A program made the translations under genes and the position numbers. Shown piece after piece: positions 32,599 to 44,534 of a DNA stretch of 64,000 nucleotides. The number at the start of each line of letters is the position of its first letter. The first letter of the stretch is position 1. Location: contig CAVUAK010000001.1 of assembly GCA_963739455.1 (NCBI GenBank), positions 1,728,001 through 1,792,000 of the forward strand, read 5' to 3'. Origin of the DNA: an uncultured Gemmatimonadales bacterium (GTDB lineage Bacteria > Gemmatimonadota > Gemmatimonadetes > Gemmatimonadales > GWC2-71-9). A model generated the notes under the pieces. The model was given only the letters and a program-made list of their open reading frames with translations, ran no database searches and was not told where the DNA came from.

Positions 32599-33803
32599 TC
32601 GGTGGCGGGTCCGCTCGGGTTCGTGCTCTCTCCGGTCGCACCGCCTCCACCACGGCGGCGACGACGACGGCGACGCTTCTTGGGTGAAGACGATGCCGCC
32701 TCGGGCGCCGGATTCTCTGCCGGCTGGGGCTGGGGCGTCGGCTCAGGGGTAACGGCTCTCGCCGCGCGGTCGCTCCGCGGTTGCTCGGTCCGCGGCCGCT
32801 CTGTCCGCGGTCGCTCCGTCCGCGGTCGCTCAGTCCGCTCCGGGCGCTCCACGCGCTTGACGGGCGCGACTACCACTGCCACTCCCCCGGCTGCTCCCTC
32901 CATCTCCTCGCGCAGCTCCTCGAGCCCGATGGTGCGTGACTCGTCGGCGCCACGCAGGTATACGCGCTCCCGGAAGATGTCGACCGCGATCACTTTCTCG
33001 GTGCCACGCAGCGTTTCGACCGTCTTGCCCTCGCGGGGAAAGCGCTTCCGCGAGGTGACGTAGAACTCGTGCTCGTACTTGAGGCAGCAGAGCAGCCGAC
33101 CGCATCCGCCGGAGATCTGCGACGGGTTGAGCGACAGGCTCTGGTTCTTGGCCAGCGAGAGATTGACCGGGGAGAGCTCCGGGAGCCAGGTGGAGCAGCA
33201 GTATTCGCGGCCGCACCGACCCACCCCACCGATACGTGCCGCCTCATCCCGCACGCCGATCTGCCGCAGGTCGATACGGGTGCGGAAGGCGCTGGCGAGT
33301 TCCCGTACGAGGGCGCGAAAGTCCACCCGCTGCTCCGCGGAGAAGAACACCGTCATCTGGTGGCGATCCCACTGCCACTCGACGTCGCTGACCTTCATCT
33401 CCAGCTTGTGCTCACGCACCTTGGCCACGATGCGCTGGCGATCCTCTTCCTCGGCCTTGCGCAGTTCATTGGCCCGGCGGATCTCGTCCTGTGACGCGCG
33501 CCGCAGCACGGTGGGGAACTCGCTCGTGGTACCATCGGTGCCTGTGGCGGTCGCCGGAAGCGCTGGCCCGCATGCCTCCGCTGCGTGGTCCGTCGCCCCG
33601 CTTGCCGCGGCCGGCACGGAGCACGAACCGCCGCACTTCTTTGCGGCGACGTCGCCCACGGCGGAAATGCGCCCGAAATCCTCGCCCCGGTCCGCCGCCA
33701 CGATGACCGACTCCTTCAGGCGGAGTGGTTCGGTTTCCTCGTGGGGCCATTGGAAGAAGGCGCGGCGGGTGCCCTTGAAGCGTACTTCGACAGTCTGTGG
33801 CAT
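32595..33803 (-). CDS. PSP1/YaaT (RicT) family protein
   Basis: RVDFRALV, RQIGVRDEA, CGREYCC, ISGGCGRLLCCLKYE. Confidence 0.9.
   Translation of the reverse strand: MPQTVEVRFKGTRRAFFQWPHEETEPLRLKESVIVAADRGEDFGRISAVGDVAAKKCGGSCSVPAAASGATDHAAEACGPALPATATGTDGTTSEFPTVLRRASQDEIRRANELRKAEEEDRQRIVAKVREHKLEMKVSDVEWQWDRHQMTVFFSAEQRVDFRALVRELASAFRTRIDLRQIGVRDEAARIGGVGRCGREYCCSTWLPELSPVNLSLAKNQSLSLNPSQISGGCGRLLCCLKYEHEFYVTSRKRFPREGKTVETLRGTEKVIAVDIFRERVYLRGADESRTIGLEELREEMEGAAGGVAVVVAPVKRVERPERTERPRTERPRTERPRTEQPRSDRAARAVTPEPTPQPQPAENPAPEAASSSPKKRRRRRRRRGGGGATGESTNPSGPATE
32774..32838 (-). repeat. 15-nt coding tandem repeat (TERPR)n in the YaaT C-terminal tail
   Basis: TCCGCGGYYGCTCNG x4. Confidence 0.8.
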
Positions 33804-34768
33804 CAGGATTCGACGAACTCGCCCATCGCCGCGTACTTCTCGCCACGGCGACGCACCAGCCGGTCGGGCTTCACCTTCCGCAGCTCAGTGAGGTGACGCA
33901 GCAGCGCGGCGCGAAGCGCCTCACCGGCGGCGTCGGGGTCCACATGCGCGCCGCCCACCGGTTCCGGCACGACCTCGTCGATCACCTTGAGCGTGAGCAG
34001 GTCCTCGGCTGTGAGCTTGAGCGCCTCCGCGGCGCGCTCTCGCTGGCTCGCGTCCTTCCACAGGATCGCGGCGCACCCTTCCGGTGTGATCACCGAGTAC
34101 ACCGAGTTCTCCAGCATCAGGATGCGATCGGCGACACCGAGGGCGAGTGCGCCGCCCGAGCCACCCTCACCGATGACGGCGCTGATGATCGGCGTCGGGA
34201 GCACCGACATCTCCAGGATGTTGCGGGCAAGCGCTTCGGACTGCCCGCGCTCCTCCGCCTCGAGCCCCGGATAGGCACCAGGCGTGTCGATCAGCGTGAT
34301 GACCGGCGCATTGAAGCGCGCCGCCAGCTTCATGAGCCGCAGCGCCTTCCGGTAACCCTCGGGGTGGGGCATGCCGAAGTTGCGCTTGATGTTCTCCTTG
34401 GTGTCGCGGCCCTTCTGGTGGCCGATCACCATGACCGACGTGCCGCCGAGTCGCGCCCAGCCGCCCACGATGGACGGATCGTCCATGTAGAGCCGGTCGC
34501 CGTGGAGCTCGATGACGTCGGTGAAGATCGTGCTGAGGTAGTCGAGGGTGTACGGGCGTCGCGGATGGCGCGCCACCATGACGCGCTGGATCGGCGTCAG
34601 GCCGCGATAGATGTCTTCCCGCACCGCATGCAGCTTGTCCTGCAGCAGCCGGAGCTCGGTGCTGACGTCGATCTGGCGATCCTCACCCAGCCGCTCGAGC
34701 TCCTCGATCTGGCGCTCGAGCTCCTGGAGGGGCTTCTCGAAGTCCAGCGTATACGCTGACGGGGGCAT
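33803..34768 (-). CDS. accA: Acetyl-CoA carboxylase carboxyltransferase alpha
   Basis: LDFEKP, ARHPRRP, NFGMPHPEGYRKA, GEGGSGGALA. Confidence 0.97.
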   Translation of the reverse strand: MPPSAYTLDFEKPLQELERQIEELERLGEDRQIDVSTELRLLQDKLHAVREDIYRGLTPIQRVMVARHPRRPYTLDYLSTIFTDVIELHGDRLYMDDPSIVGGWARLGGTSVMVIGHQKGRDTKENIKRNFGMPHPEGYRKALRLMKLAARFNAPVITLIDTPGAYPGLEAEERGQSEALARNILEMSVLPTPIISAVIGEGGSGGALALGVADRILMLENSVYSVITPEGCAAILWKDASQRERAAEALKLTAEDLLTLKVIDEVVPEPVGGAHVDPDAAGEALRAALLRHLTELRKVKPDRLVRRRGEKYAAMGEFVES

Positions 34769-34770
34769 GG

Positions 34771-37700
34771 TCAGTTGTGCCTGGCGTAGTGGATGGCATC
34801 GGAACCGAGCAGCTCACGGAGGCCGCGCACGAGATCTTCCTCGAGCGCCACCCGGAGGCTGCGCGACCGCAGTCGCACCGACTCCCCGTTGCCGTCGTTC
34901 CATTCAATATAGACCGGCGTCGGGCCGGGGTGGCTGGTGCAGAGCCGGGCCACGGCCCGGACCGCCTCGGCCGCTGGGGCGCTCGGCAGGCGCCAGCGCA
35001 GGCTCAGCGCCAGGGCCCCCGTCGCCTTGATCTCGGACAGCGGCTTCACCGACTCGACGATGAACGGGGCGCGGTCCTCCCCCGGTCGCGGTCGCTGTAC
35101 CCACCGGTGAGGAGGAGCGCGGCATCCGGGCAGGATCGACTGGTTGAGCTTCGCCCAGGCGTCGGGGAAGACGATCGCCTCGGCCGTGCCATGGAAGTCT
35201 TCCAGGACCAGGCGAGCGTACTCCTTGCCCGTCTTCTTCGAGATCTGCCGCTTGAGTGCCGTGACCACGGCACCGATCGTCACCGGGTGCTCGCTCCACT
35301 GATGCAGCGTGGCGGTGGTGCGCGCGCCGAACAGCGCCACCTCCTCGCGGTAGCGCTCCAGGGGGTGGCCGGAAATGAAGAACCCGATCACTTCCTTCTC
35401 GCGCGCCAGCCGCTCGCTCTCGGTCCAGGGTGGCACGTCCGGCAGTTCGATGGGACGATGCTCCTCGGCCGGCACGTCGCCGAACAGCGACTCCTGCCCT
35501 GCGTCGCGGTCGGCCTGCTTGAGCTGGGCCTCCTGCAGCGTGGATCTCCAGGGCCTCGAGCAGTTGCTTGCGGTGCCCGCCCAGCGAGTCGCAGGCACCG
35601 GCCGCGATGAGCGACTCCACCACCCGCTTGTTGCAGAGCCGCAGGTCGATGCGCTCCACCAGGTCGGAGAGCGTCTCGTACCGGCCTTCCTTGCCTCCCG
35701 GCGATGATCGACTCGATGGCGCCCTCGCCCACGTTGCGCACCGCGCCCAGCCCGAAGCGGATCCGCTTGTCGGCCACCACCGTGAACTTGAAGCCCGACT
35801 CGTTCACGTCGGGCGGCAGGATCTCGCAGCCGAGTTCGCGCGCCTCGTTGATGTACTGCACCACCTTGTCGGTGTTGCCGATTTCGGACGACAGCAGCGC
35901 CGCCATGAACTCCGACGGGTAGTGCGTCTTGAGCCACGCCGTCTGGTACGACAGCACCGAGTACGCCACCGAGTGCGACTTGTTGAAGCCGTACCGGCCG
36001 AAGGTCTCGATCTGGGCCGCCAGCTCGTCGGCCAGCTTCTTCGGGTGCCCCAGGGCCACCGTGCGCTCGACGAAGCGGCCGAGCTCCTTCTTGATCAGCT
36101 CCGCGTCCTTCTTGCCCACCGCCTTCCGGAGCACGTCGGCTTCGGCGAGCGTGAACCCGGCGAGGATGTTCGCAATGCGCATCACCTGTTCCTGGTAGGT
36201 GATGACGCCGTAGGTCGGCTCCAGCAGCTCCTTCAGTGACGGGTGCGGATACCTGACGCTTTCCTGGCCGAGCTTCCGCTTGATGAATACCGTGTGCATG
36301 CCGGCATCGAGCGGACCCGGGCGGAGCAGCGCGTTCGATGCGACCAGGTCGTCGAAGCGGTCGCACTTCATGGCGCGGAGTGTCTCGGTGGCGAGCGCAG
36401 ACTCGAACTGGAAGACGCCGGCGGTGCGGCCTGCGCGCAGCGTGGCGTAGACCGCCGGGTCGTCGAACGGCAGCGTATCCATGTCGATCGCCACGCCATG
36501 CCGGTCGCGGATCGCGTTCACCGCATCATGGATTACCGTGAGTGTCTTGAGGCCGAGCATGTCCATCTTGAGCATGCCGACCTTCTCCAGCGCGCCCATC
36601 TCGTACTGCGTGATGAGCGAGTCCTCGCCGTCGGTGGCCGCGCCGGCCCCCTTGGTGGGCGCCGTGCAGATCGGCACGTACTCCTGCAGCGGGCCCGGGG
36701 CGATCACGACGCCGGCAGCGTGCACCGACAGGTGGCGCGAGATCCCCTCGATCCGGGAGCTCAGCTGCATCAGTCGCTCGAGCTGCGCGTTCCCCTTCAC
36801 CAGGTCGCGCAGTTCATCGACCTTCTGCACCGCTTCCGGGATGGTCAGGCTGTAGGCGGGCCCGGAGGGGATGAGCTTGGTGAGCTTGTCGGCCTCGACC
36901 GGCGGGATGCGCAGCACGCGCGCCACGTCCTTGATCGCGGCTCGCGCCTTCATCGTCCCGAAGGTGACGATCTGGCCCACGCTCTCACGGCCATAGCGCT
37001 GGCGCACGTACTCGATCACCTCGCCCCGGCGCTCGAAGCAGAAGTCCACGTCGATGTCGGGCATCGACACGCGCTCGGGGTTGAGGAAGCGCTCGAAGAG
37101 CAGGTCGAACTTGAGCGGGCACACGTTCGTGATCTGCAGCGAGTATGCGACGATGGATCCCGCCGCCGAGCCGCGGCCCGGCCCCACCGGGATGCCGCGC
37201 TCCCGCGCCGCCCGGATGAAGTCGTGCACGATCAGGAAATAGCCGTCGTACCCGGCGGTGGCGATGACACCCAGCTCGAAATCGAGCCGCTGCTGCACCT
37301 GCTCAGGCAGCGGGCTGCCGTAACGCGCGATCGCGCCCTCGGTAGCCAGGTGCTTGAGCAGCGCGGCATCACTCGCAAACTCCCTGGGGCGGGGAAAGCC
37401 GGGCAGGAAGTAGCGCTTCTCGAAGTCGAACTCGCAGGTGTCGGCCACCACCTGGGTATTGGCCAGCGTCTCCGGGTTGTCGGGGAAGAGCTGGCGCATC
37501 TCCGCTTCCGACTTGACGTAGCTCTCGTTCCCCTCGAAGCGGAACCGCTTCGGGTCGTCCAGGTCCGCGCCGGTCCCGATGGCGAGCAGCACGTCGTGCG
37601 CCTCGGCGTCCTCGCGACGGAGGTAGTGCGCATCGTTGGTCGCCACCACGCCAATGCCCAGCTCCTTGCCCAGCTGGAGCATGCCTTCCGCCACGGTCAC

Positions 37701-38252
37701 TTCCTCGGCGATGCCATGCTTCTGGATCTCGAGCCAGAAGTTGCCCGGTCCAAACACGCGGCTGAACCACTCGGCGTTCTTCTTCGCCTCCTCGTACCGT
37801 CCCTGCCGCAGTGACAGGGCGACCTCGCCCGACAGGCAGGCGGCGAGGCAGACCACGCCCTCGCTCATCTGCTCCAGTACTTCCTTGTCGATGCGGGGAC
37901 GGCGGTAGAACCCCTCGGTGTACCCGATGGAGCTGAGCCGAATGAGGTTGCGGTAGCCGGCGCGGTTCTTCGCCAGGAGGACCAGGTGACTGTAGATCCC
38001 CGGCGCGCCCGCCGGCTTCTCGCGCGCGGTGCGAGGGCCGAAGGCGAGATACGCCTCGAAGCCGAGGATGGGGCGGACCTTCTGCTTCTTCGCTTCCTCA
38101 TAGAACGCCCACGCCGCATGCATGTTGCCGTGGTCGGTCACCGCCAGGCTGTCCATGCCGAGCTTCTTCACATGACCGACGAGGTCGGTGATGCGATTGG
38201 CGCCGTCGAGCAGCGAGTATTCGCTGTGCGTGTGGAGATGAATGAACGACAT
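34771..38252 (-). CDS. dnaE: DNA polymerase III alpha subunit; frameshifts near 35700, 35545 and 35130-35085
   Basis: PHP HLHTHSEYSLLDG, GPGRGSAAGS, RVSMPDIDVDF, YGFNKSHS, EKEVIGFFISGHPL. Confidence 0.96.
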
Positions 38253-38254
38253 GG

Positions 38255-38893
38255 TCAGCGCGTGCGCTGGTCGAGCTCGCGCCACACCGCGTCGAGCGGC
38301 ACGCCGCGGGCCTGCAGCAGCACGAGGAGATGATAGAGCAGGTCGGCCGTCTCCGACGCGAGCCGCGCCGCGTCTTCACTGTTGGCGGCGACCACCACCT
38401 CGATTGCCTCCTCGCCCACCTTCTGGGACACCTTGGTGATCCCGGCGTCGAGGAGCTGTGAGGTATAGGACCCGGCCGGCCGGTCCGCAGCCCGTTGCGC
38501 CACCGTCGCGGCGAGGCGCTGCAAGAGGTGCGCGCCGTGATCCGGGCCTTCTGTGGCACCGCCCGCCTCGAGCCGGGAGATGAAGCAGGTGCGCGATCCG
38601 GTGTGACAGGCCGGGCCGGTCTGGCGCACGCGGTACAGCACCGAGTCGCCGTCGCAGTCGAGCCGAACCTCGGCCACATCCTGGGTGTGGCCGGACGACT
38701 CACCCTTCCGCCAGAGCGCCTTTCGGCTCCGGCTGAAGTAGTGGGCTTTGCCTGTGGATACGGTCAGCTGGAGGGCTTCGCGATTGGCGTACGCCACCAT
38801 CAGCAGGTCCCCGGACAGGACGTCCTGCGCCACGACCGGCACGAGGCCATCCGCGTTGAAACGGACCGCCTCGAGCCCAGATTCAGCATTCAT
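38255..38893 (-). CDS. hisIE: Bifunctional phosphoribosyl-AMP cyclohydrolase / phosphoribosyl-ATP diphosphatase
   Basis: SRSRKALWRKGESSG, DCDGD, ACHTGSRTCF, SYT, KVGEEAIE, ETADLLYH. Confidence 0.95.
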   Translation of the reverse strand: MNAESGLEAVRFNADGLVPVVAQDVLSGDLLMVAYANREALQLTVSTGKAHYFSRSRKALWRKGESSGHTQDVAEVRLDCDGDSVLYRVRQTGPACHTGSRTCFISRLEAGGATEGPDHGAHLLQRLAATVAQRAADRPAGSYTSQLLDAGITKVSQKVGEEAIEVVVAANSEDAARLASETADLLYHLLVLLQARGVPLDAVWRELDQRTR

Positions 38894-38957
38894 TGGCACA
38901 AAGCTACCGGGCGACGTCTCAGTTGTCAAAGTAATTGCGTACCAATAGCTTACGCGC

Positions 38958-40060
38958 ATGGAGCCCGACCTCGCAAAGCCTCGCTGGAGGAGACCGCTGA
39001 TGATCTTTGCCGCGCTGGTGGCGCTCCTGGTCGGCGGGTTCTCCACCGCCTACCTCTCCAGCGGCGAGGTGCGGTACCTCTGGCGGGCCGGCTACGAGGA
39101 AACGCGCATCCTCCAGTCGCGTCGGCCGATCGAGCAATTGGCCCGGGACACCACGATCCCGGCCGCGCGCCGCGACCAGTTCCAGCTCGTCCTGGATGTC
39201 CGGGCGTACGCCGCCAAACTGGGTCTCGAGGCGGGCGATACCTACACCAGCTTCGCCGACGTCGGGCGTGACACACTCCTGCTCGTGCTCAGCGTCTCCC
39301 CGCGAACCTGCATCTGCCCGCACACCTGGAAGTATCCCATCGTCGGCAAGGTGCCCTACAAGGGTTTCTTCGACCTGAACCAGGCGCGGGCGACCGCCGC
39401 AGCAGTTCGAGGCGCAAGGGGTTCGACACCTACCTGCGCCCAGCCGGCGCCTTTTCTACACTCGGCTGGTTCGAGGACCCGCTGCTCTCGACGGCCCTGA
39501 CGCGCGATTCCGTGGAGCTGGCCGCGCTCGTCTTCCACGAGATTGCCCACAACTCGCTGTACGTGAAGAGCGCCACTCCGTTCAACGAGAGCTTCGCCCA
39601 GCTCGTCGGGTATCGCGCGGCCGAGCAGTTCTTCCGGGAGCGCGGTGACAGCGCCAAGGCGGCGTCGGCGGCCAACCGGTGGCTCGATGAGATCGTGCTG
39701 GGGAATTTCTACACCGAGCTGCTGGCGCGCCTCGACACCTTCTACGCCAGCAAGCCGGACTCGGCGACGCTCGACTCCGGGCGGGTGGCGATCGGCGCCT
39801 GGTCGCGCGAACAGCTCGAGGGCCCGGTGACGGCCCAGTTGCGCACCTTCCAGATCGGCGAAGCTGCCCGCGCGACCGGTGAACAATGCGCGCCTCGTTG
39901 GCGCGCTCATCTATCGCACGAAGCTGCAGCTGTTCGAGGACTGGTACCAGAAGCACGGTGCCAACATCGCCGAGAGCGTGAAGGCCATGCGCGAACTGCA
40001 GGCGGGTGCGGAAGGAAAGGAAGCCTACGAACGCCTGGAGAAAGCGCTCGACGCCAGTAG
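38958..40060 (+). CDS. Putative zinc aminopeptidase (DUF2265-like); frameshifts near 39400 and 39865; end approximate
   Basis: GKVPYKGFFD, AFSTLGWFEDPL, FHEIAH...FNESFA, NNARL. Confidence 0.8.
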
Positions 40061-40063
40061 CCT

Positions 40064-40087
40064 TCACGTCCTCACGCCCTCACGCCC
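40064..40087 (+). repeat. Octamer micro-array (TCACGYCC)x3
   Basis: TCACGTCC-TCACGCCC-TCACGCCC at the junction of convergent genes; supplies the DinB stop codon. Confidence 0.8.
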
Positions 40088-40623
40088 TGAAGCCTTGCGC
40101 TGCACGCTCGATCTGTCGGACATGCCGATCCGAATGATGCGCCAGCATCAGCAGCCACTGGTAACCGTCCAGCGGTCCATATGCCGGATGCGGAAAGGTG
40201 TGCAGCCGCAGCGGGTCCTCGGTGTCGCGCACGTAGTCCATGGTGCGCGCGCGCCGCTCCAGGAAGGTGGCCGCGGCAGCCCGCCCGTCGGGAAAGGTGT
40301 GCCTCGGCTTGATCGGCTCCGCGGCATTGCCCTTCCACGCGTCGTCCTTCATGCTGTCGATGATCTCGGCGTCCTGCTCACGCACCTGCGCCTCGTCGCG
40401 CTCGCTGCCGGGCTCGCTCAAGCGCCTTCCGGGCCAGCCGCGGCATCACTTCCTCGCTCAGGGCGAGGTGCTCCGCCACGTCGGCCGAGCTCCACTTGTC
40501 CGGTGCCGGGCGATGATTCCACTGGGCGTCCGTGAGGCCCTGCGTCGCGGCGCGAAACCGGGCGGCGCTGGCGGTCAGGATGTCGAGAAGTGCAGCGCGA
40601 TCTGCGGCTGAAATGGATGGCAT
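40080..40623 (-). CDS. DinB family protein; frameshift near 40420
   Basis: LTDAQWNHRPAPDKWSSADVAEHL, HPAYGPLD...HSDRHVRQI. Confidence 0.85.
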
Positions 40624-40701
40624 GGAGGGAACTTAGCACGGCGGATATTGCGCCCCTATATTCCACCTCCCTGGTTCACCAACCTCTGCCCGGTCGTCTC
40701 C

Positions 40702-42118
40702 ATGGATTCCTCGTTCGTCGCGCGTGAGCAGGATCGCATGCTCCGCGAGCTCACCGATTTCCTGCGCATCCCGAGCGTCAGCACCTATCCCGATCGGGCC
40801 GGCGACTGTCGGCGGGCCGCCGAGTGGCTCTGTACGCAGCTGCATGCCCTCGGGTGCAGCAAGGTGGAGCTGCTCGAGGGAGCCGGCCATCCGGTGGTAT
40901 GGGCCGAGAGTCCGCATGTGGAAGGGCGCCCGACGCTCCTGATCTACGGGCACTACGACGTGCAGCCGCCGGAGCCGCTCGACGAGTGGGTGACGCCGGC
41001 GTTCGAGCCCACGGTGCGCGACGGCAAGCTCTACGCGCGCGGCGCCTGCGACGACAAGGGACAGGTCTTCTGCCTGCTCAAGGCCTACGAAGCGGTGCGC
41101 GACGCAGAACGGCAACCCGCCGCTGAACGTGCACTTCATCTTCGAGGGCGAGGAGGAGTGCGGTGGCAGCGTCATCTCCGACCTCCTGCACGCGCGTCCC
41201 GAGCTCACCCAGGCCGACGCGGTGCTGGTGTGCGACATGTCGTACTACGCGGCCGGCTGGCCCGCCGTCTACACGGCGCTCCGCGGACTCTGCTACGCCG
41301 AGATTTCGGTCCGCACGCTGCAGCGCGACCTGCACTCGGGCACCTACGGTGGTGTCGCACCGAATGCGCTCGAGACGCTGGTGCGGATCCTGTCGGGCCT
41401 CAAGGACGCCGATGGCGAGATCCAGATTCCCAAGCTGTACAAGGCGGTGAAGGCACCCGGGAAGGCCGAGCTCAAGGGCTGGAAGAAGCTGCCATTCGAC
41501 AAGGACGAGTATCTCGAGCACGAAGTCACCGGCAAGGCGCTGACCGGGCTCCAGGACTACTCGGTGGCGGAACGGACCTGGGCCCTCCCGACCCTCGAGA
41601 TCCACGGCATCCGCGGTGGCTTCGTGGGTGACGGTGCCAAGACGGTGATTCCCGCGCACGCGGTGGCGAAGGTGAGCCTCCGTCTCGTGCCCGGTCTCGA
41701 GCGCGACAAGGTGGCCAAGTGGCTGCAGAAGGCGGTCGCGAAGCTCGCGCCCAAGTGGGCGGATGTGGAAGTCACCATGCTCCATGGCGGCGACCCGGTC
41801 GAGGTCGATACCAGCCACCCGGCGTTCGCCGTGCTCGACGAAGCCTTCGAGGAAGTGACGGGGCGGCGCGCGGTGCATGTCAGGGCAGGGGGCTCGATTC
41901 CGATCGTGCCCGAGCTCGGACTGGCCGGCGCGCCCGTCATCCTCACCGGCATCGGCCTGCCCGACGACGGCCTGCACTCACCCAACGAGAAACTGGACCT
42001 GGATCAGCTCTGGAGCGGCATCCAGATCTTCGGGCGGTTCCTGGAGCTGTTTGCGGAGAAGGGTGGGGCAGTGGCGGAGGAGAGCGAGGAGCTGCAGGAG
42101 GCGGACGCCGCGAGCTAG
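40702..42118 (+). CDS. M20 family dipeptidase; frameshift near 41110
   Basis: YGHYDVQP, ARGACDDKG, EGEEECG, DLHSG, GGSIP, HSPNEK. Confidence 0.92.
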
Positions 42119-42666
42119 GCGTCCGCCAGGGGTTCCTTCCGGGGCTGGCCCTGGAACTGTGACTCGGTGCGCGCGTGCAGCTCGTCCACGCCAATCAGGG
42201 CGCGCACCGACGCGATGATCCCCGCCACCACATCATCGGCCCAGTAGGGATCGGGTCGCTCGCCTGCCGGCAGCGCCCGGGCGCAACCTTCCAGGTACTG
42301 AATCGCGGTCGTCACCCAGTCGGCCTGTGCATTGGCGACGATGGCCCACGAGCCGGTGGCCCGCAACTCGAGCTCCTCGAGGCCCTTGAGGTTGGCCTCG
42401 ATGCCGGTCGTGACCGGCGCGGAGCGCAGCCGGCTGGCCACCAGGTTGAGCACCGCCTTCCGCTCCGACTCCTGCGGCTCGGGCAGTGGTGCCAGGTAGT
42501 GACGCTGGTCGGCCACCATTTCAGCCAGCCGGACGCACACCGCACGGATGGCGGGTTCCAGGGCCTTGGGGGCCTCACGGGACCAGCTCTGCGCCGCCCG
42601 CAGGATGGCGGCGACCTGTTGCTCCGCCAGTTGCTCCGGCGACGGACGATCGGACGAGGTCATCAT
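42115..42666 (-). CDS. Hypothetical protein
   Basis: Uninterrupted 183-codon helical ORF; no recognisable motif. Confidence 0.55.
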   Translation of the reverse strand: MMTSSDRPSPEQLAEQQVAAILRAAQSWSREAPKALEPAIRAVCVRLAEMVADQRHYLAPLPEPQESERKAVLNLVASRLRSAPVTTGIEANLKGLEELELRATGSWAIVANAQADWVTTAIQYLEGCARALPAGERPDPYWADDVVAGIIASVRALIGVDELHARTESQFQGQPRKEPLADA

Positions 42667-42705
42667 CAGGCGGGGAAAAATAGCAGGTGAGGCCGGAAGG
42701 CAAAC

Positions 42706-42729
42706 GGGGGCGCCGAATCTGGCGCCCCC
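42706..42729 (-). terminator. Hairpin after the pdh/lip operon
   Basis: GGGGGCGCC-gaatct-GGCGCCCCC. Confidence 0.55.
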
Positions 42730-42760
42730 TCTTGACGTAGCGGCCCGACCCATGTGACGC

Positions 42761-43391
42761 CTAGCGCCTCGGACCCCGGCGCATCCGCGCATGATCCGGG
42801 CGCCCGAAGCGCTCTTCCCGCCACGGATCGCCGTGCATGTGGTAGCCGTTGTCCTCCCAGAAGCCGGGCTCGTCGCCGTCGAGCAACTCGAAACCGGTGA
42901 CCCACTTGGCGCTCTTCCAGAGATACAGGTGCGGCACCAGCAGTCGCACCGGACCGCCGTGTTCCGGCGTCAGGTCCTCGCCGTCATGCCGCGTCGCCAG
43001 CAGGTTCGCCTCGCGGTCGAGATCGTCCAGCGGCAGGTTCGTGGTGTACCCGGGGTCTGCATGCACCAGCACATGGCTCGCCTCGGGCCTCGGCTGCGCA
43101 ATCTTGAGGAGCGACTTCACCGGAACTCCGGCGAAGAGGTTGTCGTAGCGGCTCCAGCGCGTCACGCAGTGCATGTCGCACAGCGTCTCCTGCTGGCCCA
43201 GCTGCACGAACTCGGCCCAGGTGAGCACGTACGGGATTCTCCACGGCGCCGTTCACCTCGAACCGCCATGCCGCCTTGTCGATCATCGGCACGTGGCTGT
43301 AGTGCAGCACCGGCCACTTCTGCGTCACGATCTGGCCCGGCGGCAGCCGGGTGGCGGCAGGAGTGCGCGCGTCGATGCGGGGCGTGGTCAT
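42761..43391 (-). CDS. Sulfite oxidase-like molybdopterin oxidoreductase; frameshift near 43228
   Basis: RLPPGQ...KWPVLH, DMHCVTRWS, YTTNLPL, EHGGPVR, YLWKSAKW, PGFWEDNGYH. Confidence 0.9.
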
Positions 43392-43392
43392 G

Positions 43393-44088
43393 TCAGTGAA
43401 ACGCCTGTCGGCGACGGTTTGGTTCCCCAGTGGCTCGCGATCGAGCGCCCGGCCCAGCGACGCCACCACTGCATCGCGGGTGCGGGCGAACAGCTGGTCG
43501 GGCGCCTCCGTGGCACCGAGTTCGGCGGCCACGCTCGTCATCACCACCTGCTGGATGCCACACGGCACGATCAGGTCGAATCCATCGAGGTCGTTCACCA
43601 CGTTCAGGGCGAAGCCGTGCAGCGTCACCCATCGCTTCACGTGCACTCCCATGCTCGCGATCTTGCGCCCGGCGGTCCACACGCCGGTGTAGCCGGGGTT
43701 CCGGTCGGCCGGAATGCCGAGGGACTCGAGGGCGTCGATGAGCGCATCCTCGAGCGAGCGCAGGTACCAGTGCAGGTCTTCCCGCATGCGCCGCAGGTCC
43801 ACGATCGGGTATCCCACCAGCTGTCCCGGCCCGTGCCAGGTCACGTCGCCACCCCGCTCCACTTCATGCACGCCCACGCCCTGTCGCGCGATCGCCTCGG
43901 GCGGGAGCGGCAGGCTCGACGGCCTGCGTGGTGCGACCGAGGGTGACCACCGGTTCGTGCTCCACCAGCAGGAGAATGTCCTCGAGGCCATGATCGGGCG
44001 ACCCGCGCTCCGCGCAAAGCCGGCGCTGCAGCTCCAGCGTCTCGGCGTAGCCCCGGCGGCCGAGGTCGATGACCCGGAGCGGAAGCAT
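43393..44088 (-). CDS. lipB: Lipoyl(octanoyl) transferase; frameshift near 43925
   Basis: VEHEPVVTLGR, ERGGDVTWHGPGQLVGYP, KIASMG, HGFALNV, IVPCGI. Confidence 0.92.
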
Positions 44089-44534
44089 CAGTGCCGCCGA
44101 CCGCGGCCCCGCCGCCCAGAGCGCGCCGACGGCCACGAGTGCCGTGCCACCCGCCATGACGAGCAGGCCCTTGTCGCCGAAGTGATAGTGAATCGGCGTT
44201 GCCGCGAGCGCGCCCACCATCGTGCCCAGCGCGCTGATCATCGAGAACACTCCCCGGCGCCACACGGCGGTGAGCGGCGCCAGCCGCCACCACGCGAGGC
44301 CGGCGGCCAGCAACGACGATGACAGCACGCCGCCCACCAGCAGCGGAAAGGCCGGCCCGGCGCCCGGCGACGCGGCCGCGGACCCTGGTGTCCGATCAGC
44401 ATGCGCACCCCCCAGAGCACCAGCGCCACGCTCGATGTTCCCGCGAGCGTGGCGCCAATGAGGGTCCGGATCACGAGCCCCGGGCGGTCCCGGGCTGGGT
44501 CGACGGGTTCACCGCCGACGTTCGTCAGCGTCAC
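44088..44534 (-). CDS. Hypothetical 4-TM membrane protein; frameshifted
   Basis: GTG overlaps the lpdA stop; hydrophobic segments are split across ORFs 44238 and 43864. Confidence 0.55.

Noticed and set aside
34771..38252. Programmed frameshifting, split or intein-containing dnaE
   Set aside because: No intein motifs or slippery heptamers at the breaks; the indel pattern is the same as in unrelated genes.
42984..43991. LipB fused to the sulfite-oxidase-like protein
   Set aside because: Adding one C (GAC CAG GCG TTT CAC TGA) ends LipB at 43393, just before the ATG at 43391; consistent with the window-wide indel errors.
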